Shown here: positions 22,006-28,634 of the stretch, piece by piece
Layout of the letters: each line of letters starts with the position of its first letter
Position numbering within the stretch: position 1 is the first letter of the stretch
Virus record (IMG/VR): IMGVR_UViG_3300023184_000026
Span: 62,001-126,000 of that record
Length of the DNA: 64,000 bases
Direction: 5' to 3' (one strand)
Made by a program: the position numbers and the translations under genes
The notes under the pieces: generated by a model
Database searches by the model: none
What the model was told of the DNA's origin: nothing
Seen by the model: the letters and a program-made list of their open reading frames with translations, nothing else

Positions 22006-22297
22006 ACTTGATTGTATCGCCGTCAAAGGTAAAAAAGATGGCGCGAGAATTTATACCGTTCTTGAAAATAAATTGAGTGAAAACCAATATAACACAGTTG
22101 TATCTGGTCATTTTGCTTTTCTAAATGATTACAGAATGCAAAGATGGGATGGTGCAATATCTCATGCCAATGAACTCATGACGCAGAATAAAGAAATGAA
22201 GAAGTATTATGAAATGATGATTGAAAGAATATTGGAACTTCGTAACAGCAATCTTGACAAAGATTGGGACGGAGTTTTTAGAGCAACCTCCAAGTAA
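21992..22297 (+). CDS. C-terminal fragment of the CHASE2 cyclase
   Basis: ELDCIAVKGK...IYTV and WDGVFRATSK, the usual C-terminal continuation of CHASE2 cyclases. Confidence 0.85.
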   Translation: MQLFELDCIAVKGKKDGARIYTVLENKLSENQYNTVVSGHFAFLNDYRMQRWDGAISHANELMTQNKEMKKYYEMMIERILELRNSNLDKDWDGVFRATSK

Positions 22298-22319
22298 AAT
22301 TTTATTATAAAACATAATT

Positions 22320-22763
22320 ATGAAATATATGAAAACAAAACTACTATTAGCAATACTTCCGTTGGTGCTATTAACTTCATGTGCCAACTCTCAAGGCGAT
22401 GTGTTTGGACGCAAAGCAGATGCTGGTGCCATTATTGGTGGCATGGCTGGAACCGTGATTGGTGCTTACAACGGCAATGCTATCAAGGGTGCATTGATTG
22501 GTGCTGGCGTTGGGTTGGGTGCTGGTGCCATTGCAGATGCTAATGATGCTCGCCAAACTCAAAATGGACCAATGATATATCGCGAACAGCCTGTTCAACA
22601 AACAGAAGTTGTTGTGGTTCAACAACCAATTGTGATAGAAGAGCGTGTATGGGTCGGTCCAGACCTATGGGTATACTCATATCATGGCTATAGGCACAAT
22701 GGCAGAATATATTATCGTGGACCCCACGTACCATTTCATCGTCGCCCTGCTTTTAGACGCTAA
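22320..22763 (+). CDS. Glycine-zipper lipoprotein
   Basis: Lipobox LLTSC; GAIIGGMAG..IG...GALIGAGVG. Confidence 0.75.
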   Translation: MKYMKTKLLLAILPLVLLTSCANSQGDVFGRKADAGAIIGGMAGTVIGAYNGNAIKGALIGAGVGLGAGAIADANDARQTQNGPMIYREQPVQQTEVVVVQQPIVIEERVWVGPDLWVYSYHGYRHNGRIYYRGPHVPFHRRPAFRR

Positions 22764-22818
22764 AAAGTAGTTATAATAAGATATTTGCAAAAAATATCAC
22801 TTTTTTAGAAAAAAGTGT

Positions 22819-22847
22819 TTGACTTTTCATTTTTTCTTCATCATAGT
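22819..22847 (+). promoter_or_regulatory. Sigma70-like promoter of leader peptide
   Basis: TTGACT-17 bp-CATAGT. Confidence 0.65.
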
Positions 22848-22867
22848 TCTATTTATCAATAACAAAC

Positions 22868-22981
22868 ATGAACTCGTATTCACACAAATCCCAAAACCTC
22901 GCCACTTCGTGGAGTTTGTGCTTTATTACACAACCTACACGTGGAGCCAATAAAGGCGATACAAAGCAGGGTGTGGCATAA
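22868..22981 (+). CDS. Putative attenuator leader peptide (37 aa)
   Basis: MNSYSHKSQNLATSWSLCFITQPTRGANKGDTKQGVA*, between promoter and terminator. Confidence 0.6.
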   Translation: MNSYSHKSQNLATSWSLCFITQPTRGANKGDTKQGVA

Positions 22982-23019
22982 TAGGAGTTAAAGTTTAATA
23001 ACTTTACAAAACCTAAAAA

Positions 23020-23049
23020 GCCCACCCTCCAAAAGAGAGTGGGTTTTTT
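23020..23049 (+). terminator. Attenuator terminator
   Basis: GCCCACCCTC-CAAAA-GAGAGTGGGT followed by T-tract; 5' arm can alternatively pair with 22968-22977. Confidence 0.7.
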
Positions 23050-23086
23050 GTTTTTGGAGTTTTTAGAAAAAGGTTAGAAAAAAAGA

Positions 23087-23150
23087 TTGACAAAATAAAA
23101 AAAGTAAGTAGAGTAAGAAGTATCAAATTTAAGTTAGGTTCTTTTAACAA
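23087..23150 (+). promoter_or_regulatory. Second promoter plus boxA-like site
   Basis: TTGACA-16-TAGAGT; GTTCTTTTAACAA at 23138-23150. Confidence 0.5.
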
Positions 23151-23498
23151 TTCAAATTTTTAGGTTAGGTTAGATGGGTAAAAACGCACCTGTAAGCGCG
23201 ATAAAATAGCCACCGGACCATTTAGGTACCGTTTTGTGGGAATCAATATCATTATGTAGGTTAGAGATAGGTTAGATGAAAACATAATGTGAGGCCGAAG
23301 TATATAATGTTATTTATAAAGTTGAAGAAAGAAGCAACAAGACATGTATTTAGCGTGTTGAGTTTCTTTCTTCATATGTTCTGCGTAATATACAACCTCC
23401 TCGTGGTGCAGAACGGGACAAAATAAAAAAATATTTTGTGCGAATAGTATAGTTAAAAGAGTTTTTATAGATATTTATTACTAACATTCAAAAAAAAT

Positions 23499-23816
23499 AT
23501 GGAAGATAAAGATATACTCGTTGAGTTTTTAAGAGGCGGATGGATTGTTGCTCTAATTGGAGCACTGGGTATGTTGGCAAGAACTTTCATGGATGGTGTA
23601 AAACGGTCTTGCACAGAACAAATCAAACGAATCATAGCAGCAGCAATATGTTCAACAATAGCATGGTTTATTTTAGAACAAGTAGAAGTAAGTAGCTTAA
23701 CAAAAGCAATCAGTTATGGCATAACTGGTGTGATAAGTCCGGAAATTCTTCAAGGTATAACAGTATTATCAAAGAAGTTTGCTAAAAAACCAGAAGATTT
23801 CTTAAAGAAAAAATAA
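23499..23816 (+). CDS. Small membrane protein (holin-like)
   Basis: 105 aa, three hydrophobic segments, basic C-terminus. Confidence 0.55.
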   Translation: MEDKDILVEFLRGGWIVALIGALGMLARTFMDGVKRSCTEQIKRIIAAAICSTIAWFILEQVEVSSLTKAISYGITGVISPEILQGITVLSKKFAKKPEDFLKKK

Positions 23817-23821
23817 TTTTT

Positions 23822-23897
23822 GCGGTAGTATCTCAGTTGGTAGAGAACGAGTTTTCCAAACTTGATGTCGCAGGTTCGATCCCTGTCTGCCGCTCCA
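23822..23897 (+). tRNA. tRNA-Gly(TCC)
   Basis: Cloverleaf, loop TTTCCAA, encoded CCA. Confidence 0.93.
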
Positions 23898-23954
23898 TTT
23901 GCAAACGCCACGTCATTGGCGAAATTGAGGTTGACTCAAATGACAATTTTAAAT

Positions 23955-24041
23955 GGGCAAGCGCCAAAGTTGGAGAGTTGGAGCAGACTGTAAATCTGTT
24001 GCCGTAAGGCTGAGTTGGTTCGAATCCGACCTTGCCCACCA
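23955..24041 (+). tRNA. tRNA-Tyr(GTA)
   Basis: Loop CTGTAAA, long variable arm, CCA. Confidence 0.93.
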
Positions 24042-24052
24042 TTTTAGAATAC

Positions 24053-24140
24053 GGAAAATTGGCAGAGTGGTCTAACGCAGGACTTTGCTAAAGTCCCGAT
24101 CCGAAAGGGTCCATAGGTTCGAATCCTATATTTTCCGCCA
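24053..24140 (+). tRNA. tRNA-Ser(GCT)
   Basis: Loop TTGCTAA, long variable arm, G73, CCA. Confidence 0.93.
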
Positions 24141-24151
24141 AATTTATATAC

Positions 24152-24226
24152 GCCGAATAAACATAAATGGTAATGTGCTAGTCTTGTAAATTAGATAAGC
24201 GGGTTCGATTCCCGCATTTGGCTCCA
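24152..24226 (+). tRNA. tRNA-Thr(TGT)
   Basis: Loop CTTGTAA, CCA. Confidence 0.88.
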
Positions 24227-24234
24227 CTTTATAT

Positions 24235-24310
24235 GCAGTAGTAGTTCAATGGTAGAATGCTTCGTTGCCAACGAAGAGGTCTGCGGGTTCAAGTCCCGCC
24301 TACTGCACCA
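24235..24310 (+). tRNA. tRNA-Gly(GCC)
   Basis: Loop TTGCCAA, CCA. Confidence 0.9.
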
Positions 24311-24320
24311 ATTTTTAAAT

Positions 24321-24396
24321 GCCGCGTGACATAGCTGGTTGTGATGACCCCTCTGCAAAAGGGAGGAGATTGGTTCGATTCCAATACGCGGTTCCA
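24321..24396 (+). tRNA. tRNA-Cys(GCA)
   Basis: Loop CTGCAAA, U73, CCA. Confidence 0.88.
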
Positions 24397-24399
24397 TTT

Positions 24400-24503
24400 T
24401 GTTGTGTAGCTCAGAGGTAGACCACTGACGGGATATGATGGTAAAAGACACCGAAAAAGTTCCCTATAAGCAGATGCCGATGGTTCGAATCCATCCATAA
24501 CAA
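24400..24503 (+). ncRNA. tRNA-like RNA with expanded anticodon arm
   Basis: Acceptor TGTTGTG/CATAACA, D arm, T arm GATGG-TTCGAAT-CCATC; extended insert replaces anticodon loop; no CCA. Confidence 0.6.
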
Positions 24504-24513
24504 ATAATTTTAT

Positions 24514-24591
24514 GGGCGTGTGACGTAACTGGATAACCGTGTTTCATTCAAAATGAAAATTCTGTGGGTTCGAGTCCCATCATGCCCACCA
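24514..24591 (+). tRNA. tRNA-Leu(CAA), short variable loop
   Basis: Stem TTTCA/TGAAA, loop TTCAAAA, 5-nt variable loop, A73, CCA. Confidence 0.75.
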
Positions 24592-24723
24592 ATTTTGATA
24601 GTGTATGTGTTTTCGTCTCTAAAATCTTACGGCACATGGAAGACGTGTAACGGGTTCAAAGTCCGACCACTTTGCATTGAGTAGAGTGAGTAAGCCAACC
24701 ATATACATTATCAAAATATTTTT

Positions 24724-24797
24724 GGACGATTGGTGAAAAAGTATCACTGCTGACTGAAGATCAATAATTCCGGTTGCAAGATCCGGGTCGTCCACCA
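24724..24797 (+). tRNA. tRNA-Phe(GAA), atypical T arm
   Basis: Loop CTGAAGA, acceptor GGACGAT/GTCGTCC, CCA. Confidence 0.75.
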
Positions 24798-24798
24798 T

Positions 24799-25128
24799 TT
24801 ATTTAAAATCAAATTCTTTTTTATATTCTAACACTGATGTTATATATGGGACGCTACCATCATCCTCGAATTGTCTGTATGTAAAATCTATTATAAAGTT
24901 TCCAACTTGAACAACTGTGTGTGGTAGTTTGTAAACTATATGTTTAACATCTACGGTCTTTGCTTGTGGAAATCCATTATTATTTAAGAAATCTGCCAGT
25001 GAATCTGATATTTCACAACACATTCCTTTTGACCACGTTGGTGCATGAATAATATTATAATAATCCTCCCCATCGGACTGTAACCAAGAAGTGCAAAGTT
25101 CATTTAAAAGTATTTCTGTTAGTTTCAT
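24799..25128 (-). CDS. Hypothetical protein
   Basis: 109-aa ORF, N-terminus MKLTEILLNE; GMC...H...D motif order suggests a papain/transglutaminase-like fold (inference). Confidence 0.6.
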   Translation of the reverse strand: MKLTEILLNELCTSWLQSDGEDYYNIIHAPTWSKGMCCEISDSLADFLNNNGFPQAKTVDVKHIVYKLPHTVVQVGNFIIDFTYRQFEDDGSVPYITSVLEYKKEFDFK

Positions 25129-25223
25129 AACATATACATATCCTAAATGTTATTTAATATCAAAAAGAAATATTTGAAAGTATCGGCGGCAATACATTTA
25201 AACTACCCGAAACACCATTTTAT

Positions 25224-25297
25224 TGAGATATATTGTAGTGGCAGCAAAAGAGTCTCTGAAACTCATAGCATTGGTTCGATTCCAATTATCTCATCCA
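25224..25297 (+). tRNA. tRNA-Gln(CTG)
   Basis: U1-A72, loop CTCTGAA, CCA. Confidence 0.85.
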
Positions 25298-25462
25298 TTT
25301 TATTATACAACAACTGCGGAGATAGTAATTCCAAAAAAGTTGTTACTGTATGAGTAGAAGATATCGTGAGTTAATTACTATGTCACGTGAAGCGAAAAAT
25401 ATAGGATAATATAAAGGTGAAGCCTCATCTTGAATGGGTTAAATTCCCAAAGGCATTTTTAC

Positions 25463-25538
25463 TGTCCCATAGCTCAGTTGGCAGAGCAAGAAACTGTTAA
25501 TTTCAAGGTCGCACGTTCGAGCCGTGCTGGGACAGCCA
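25463..25538 (+). tRNA. tRNA-Asn(GTT)
   Basis: Loop CTGTTAA, G73, CCA. Confidence 0.92.
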
Positions 25539-25544
25539 ATTTAT

Positions 25545-25617
25545 TGTGATGTAGTGTCAAAGTAGCACGGGCTCTGTTAAAGCTCTTGTCGTGGTGCGAG
25601 TCCACGCTTCACAGCCA
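25545..25617 (+). tRNA. tRNA-Asn(GTT), divergent second copy
   Basis: Loop CTGTTAA, T loop TGCGAGT, G73, CCA. Confidence 0.8.
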
Positions 25618-25623
25618 TTTTAC

Positions 25624-25698
25624 GGATCGCAAGCATATAAAGTGATGCTCTAGGCTCTTAACCTTGAGAACACGGGGCAGTACCGTGGCGGTCCACCA
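25624..25698 (+). tRNA. tRNA-Lys(CTT)
   Basis: Loop CTCTTAA, atypical T loop GGCAGTA, CCA. Confidence 0.8.
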
Positions 25699-25791
25699 AT
25701 TTCAAGCAAGAAGAGGCTGTTAAAGTCAGCATGGACATTACAAGATGCTAAATGGTGATAAGTGAATTCACATCTTACTTGAAAAATTTAT

Positions 25792-25870
25792 GGAACTAAA
25801 GCCACAGTGGACGGGCAGCGGTCTTTTAAACCGTTAATTCGTGTGGGTTCAACTCCCACTGGTTCCACCA
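25792..25870 (+). tRNA. tRNA-Lys(TTT)
   Basis: Loop CTTTTAA, CCA. Confidence 0.88.
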
Positions 25871-25876
25871 TTTTAT

Positions 25877-25959
25877 AGCAGAGACAAGCCAAGGGACGCT
25901 AACTGCGCTCATAACGCAGCCGAAAGGTATGATGTGTTCGATTCACATCTCTGCTTCCA
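25877..25959 (+). tRNA. tRNA with CAT anticodon and long variable arm
   Basis: CTGCG-CTCATAA-CGCAG; variable arm CCGAAAGG; acceptor AGCAGAG/CTCTGCT; CCA. Confidence 0.7.
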
Positions 25960-25966
25960 TTTTTAT

Positions 25967-26042
25967 CAGTGTGTGGTGCCAAAGGTTGGCGATTCCGCTT
26001 GGAACGGAAATTATGTAGGTTCGAGTCCTATCACACTGACCA
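25967..26042 (+). tRNA. tRNA-Pro(TGG)
   Basis: C1-G72, loop CTTGGAA, CCA. Confidence 0.87.
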
Positions 26043-26047
26043 TTTAT

Positions 26048-26124
26048 GCTTGTGTAGCTCAACTGGATAGAGCAACAGATTACGAATCTGTAGGTTGAAG
26101 GCTCGAATCCTTCCACATGCACCA
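26048..26124 (+). tRNA. tRNA-Arg(ACG)
   Basis: Loop TTACGAA, CCA. Confidence 0.9.
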
Positions 26125-26127
26125 TTT

Positions 26128-26224
26128 TGAACAGAAGCCTAGTTGTTCGTAAAACAGGAGTCGGTGTAATCATATTGATGTTTTTCAACAGGTAACCGTG
26201 CGCGGAATAATCGGGTGCTGTTCA
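26128..26224 (+). ncRNA. 97-nt structured element, copy 1
   Basis: Closed by TGAACAG/CTGTTCA; 3 differences from copy at 27079. Confidence 0.65.
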
Positions 26225-26230
26225 TTTTTT

Positions 26231-26305
26231 GGCCCTATAGAATAGAAGTTAGTTCGCCTGACTTTCAATCAGGAGATGTGGGAGCGTTACCCACTGGGGC
26301 TACCA
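26231..26305 (+). tRNA. tRNA-Glu(TTC)
   Basis: Loop CTTTCAA, atypical T loop AGCGTTA, CCA. Confidence 0.85.
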
Positions 26306-26308
26306 TTT

Positions 26309-26464
26309 TTGAGCGGCAGCGTGGAAGGACATGCAGCCTTGAGAAGTTCTATTACGCGCAGTATAGTGTACATAAAGCTGTGCCTCTGAAACGAAGCGAT
26401 GACTACCTAATAGATCGGGTCAGATTCAATGTCATCAATAGGTATCAATTCCTATCCGACTCAA
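26309..26464 (+). ncRNA. tRNA-like RNA with large central insert
   Basis: TTGAGCGG/CCGACTCAA ends, D-like GCGTGGAAGGACATGC, T-like ATAGG-TATCAATT-CCTAT. Confidence 0.5.
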
Positions 26465-26731
26465 ATTAATTTTGAATAGCAGCTCGGAGTGTAGGAAAGT
26501 TTTTTCCTTTCCGGTACGAGCATGGGGTCTAACCATCAGCGGAAAAATAAGCAACGAAAAGCCTCTGGGTTCATAACAATATGTTAAATGGAAAAATAAT
26601 AACATGTTGGAATTTATGCGTAAATAAGAAACTCGCTATAGTGTAGCTATATAAAGCAAAACTACACCTATTCAATTAATTTTATGAGTTATAATAAAGT
26701 TTTGATATAATATATATAGTATATATTATAT

Positions 26732-26974
26732 ATGAACATATCACCAATACAATCATCGGCTGAAACAAATAGTTCACCAGTAAACATTCAAGCTGCGGCT
26801 AAAATATATAGTAAAAATAGTCCAGTATCACTTAGTACAAATGCATCTGGATTTTTTGCAAATGCTGAAGCTGATGTTGTGCATGATCTTAAAAAAGCTT
26901 TGATGGCTGCAATAAATTGTGGAGATTTTGACAAAGCTATACATATTTTAAAATGTTTAAAAGAACTGGGATAA
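26732..26974 (+). CDS. Hypothetical protein
   Basis: 80-aa ATG ORF in tRNA array. Confidence 0.55.
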   Translation: MNISPIQSSAETNSSPVNIQAAAKIYSKNSPVSLSTNASGFFANAEADVVHDLKKALMAAINCGDFDKAIHILKCLKELG

Positions 26975-27078
26975 TAATATATAAACAATTTACAGAGAGT
27001 TAAGGGCACTGCTACCAGAATATCGTGGTAGGTTCACGTAGCGTAATAACCACACATGGCTAAACACTCTCTAATATT

Positions 27079-27175
27079 TGAACAGAAGTCTAGTTGTTTG
27101 TAAAACAGGAGTCGGTGTAATCATATTGATGTTTTTCAACAGGCAACCGTGCGCGGAATAATCGGGTGCTGTTCA
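27079..27175 (+). ncRNA. 97-nt structured element, copy 2
   Basis: Near-identical direct repeat of 26128-26224. Confidence 0.65.
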
Positions 27176-27179
27176 TTTT

Positions 27180-27253
27180 TGGGATATGGTGTAATGGTAA
27201 CACAGACGACTTTGACTCGTCTATTCATGGTTCGAGTCCATGTATCCCAGCCA
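27180..27253 (+). tRNA. tRNA-Gln(TTG)
   Basis: U1-A72, loop CTTTGAC, G73, CCA. Confidence 0.92.
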
Positions 27254-27314
27254 TTATATAGTTGATGGGTTATATATACTCTTCATTTTTGTGTATTAGT
27301 ATATTTATAAAAGT

Positions 27315-27515
27315 ATGAGCGACATGACATCAAATAATTTGATTATACGCAGAATGATTGATAAGAAAACATCTTATACAGCAATCTTTTTGAAAGGAGA
27401 ACGACCAAGAATTTTTCCTACAGATGATTATGAACATGCTCGTATTTTACAAATATACAAGCAAGATAGAAAATATGAAGGTATAATAAACGATTTTAAT
27501 GATTTTGATTTGTAA
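27315..27515 (+). CDS. Hypothetical protein
   Basis: 66-aa ORF preceded by TATTTATA motif. Confidence 0.55.
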   Translation: MSDMTSNNLIIRRMIDKKTSYTAIFLKGERPRIFPTDDYEHARILQIYKQDRKYEGIINDFNDFDL

Positions 27516-27518
27516 TAT

Positions 27519-27596
27519 GGTAGAGAAGCACAAGTAGTTATATGCTCTCGTTTGATAGACGAAGGATAGTGAGTGCAAGTCTCACCTCTACCACCA
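27519..27596 (+). tRNA. tRNA-Ile(GAT)
   Basis: Loop TTGATAG, T loop TGCAAGT, CCA. Confidence 0.8.
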
Positions 27597-27811
27597 TATA
27601 GCCCGAATCATCCCTCTCTTATGTAAAAATAATGATGGACTCAATCTGAAACTACAGATGATGACACATGACGATGTGTCTAGGGCAATCTTTTATATAT
27701 GCGAATTTTAATTACGGCGAATCTGCCATAATTAAACAAAGGAAAAAAAGAATCAATAACACTTGACATTTTGTTAGAAAATATTAGAGTTTTGATAGAT
27801 AGATATTTTAT

Positions 27812-27887
27812 GGGCTAGTATCTCAGTTGGTAGAGAAGCTGCTTTGCAAGCAGAAGGTCGCAGGTTCGATCCCTGTCTGGTCCACCA
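27812..27887 (+). tRNA. tRNA-Ala(TGC)
   Basis: G3:U70, loop TTTGCAA, CCA. Confidence 0.93.
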
Positions 27888-27893
27888 TTTTAT

Positions 27894-27969
27894 ACCGAGT
27901 TAGCACAGTGGCTAATGCACTTCGTTTACATCGAAGCTATCAGGGGTTCGAGTCCCTTACTCGGTACCA
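27894..27969 (+). tRNA. tRNA-Val(TAC)
   Basis: Loop TTTACAT, CCA. Confidence 0.9.
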
Positions 27970-27997
27970 TTTCAATTGTTCTATATACTTATAGTAT

Positions 27998-28390
27998 ATG
28001 ATTAAATTAAAAGATTTATTGCCAGAATCACCATTTGCAGTGTTTGTTTTAGCCAAAGCAAATGATGGATATGCAGCCACAACTCGTGCAGCAGACCGAA
28101 ATGAACAAGGAAAAATTGGATTGCCCGGCGGAAAAGTTGATATTGGTGAATCACCAGTTCAAGCAGCAACAAGAGAATCTAATGAAGAAGGATGGCAAGT
28201 TGATATAACAAATACAACACCTATTCATAAACAATTAGTTGATGGAAAAATGGTATATTGGTATGCAGGAGAAAATGCAGTAAAGTTAAATAATTTTAAA
28301 GAAAAAGGTAGAATAACTCCCATAGTTGCAACTATTGAACAAATTTTATCTTCTGGTTACGGAAATGAAAATCTAAAACACTTAGTATAA
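27998..28390 (+). CDS. NUDIX hydrolase
   Basis: Nudix box LPGGKVDIGESPVQAATRESNEEG. Confidence 0.9.
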   Translation: MIKLKDLLPESPFAVFVLAKANDGYAATTRAADRNEQGKIGLPGGKVDIGESPVQAATRESNEEGWQVDITNTTPIHKQLVDGKMVYWYAGENAVKLNNFKEKGRITPIVATIEQILSSGYGNENLKHLV

Positions 28391-28634
28391 CAAGTGCTTG
28401 AAACGTGTTCGTTCATATGCTTTCGTGAAAGTATATCAACAGAAGCAGTGTATTGGTTCAATCGTTAGTTCTTTTGCGTAAAAAGACATTTTTAGCATAC
28501 GGAGGGTAGCCCCTTGGTGGTGACGATATACCTTATCACGTCAATTATTTATATGCTTGACACATAACAAATATTGTTCATTATGACGTGAGAAATGAGA
28601 TGCAATAATGCAAATCATTTCATACACACACAAA

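Noticed and set aside
21180-22010. Group I intron or intein in the cyclase gene
   Set aside because: Almost no non-coding space for a ribozyme core; stop codon and frame changes exclude an intein.
24514-24591. Opal suppressor/Trp tRNA (TCA)
   Set aside because: The 5-bp stem TTTCA/TGAAA centres the loop on CAA, not TCA.
25170-25217. Extra tRNA ending in ACCA
   Set aside because: No cloverleaf; at most a remnant.
26128-27175. CRISPR array
   Set aside because: Only two 97-nt copies about 950 bp apart; no repeat-spacer periodicity; the 54710 nuclease is a solo PD-(D/E)XK.
28392-28550. Possible ncRNA after NUDIX gene
   Set aside because: Only scattered small hairpins and no convincing closing stem.
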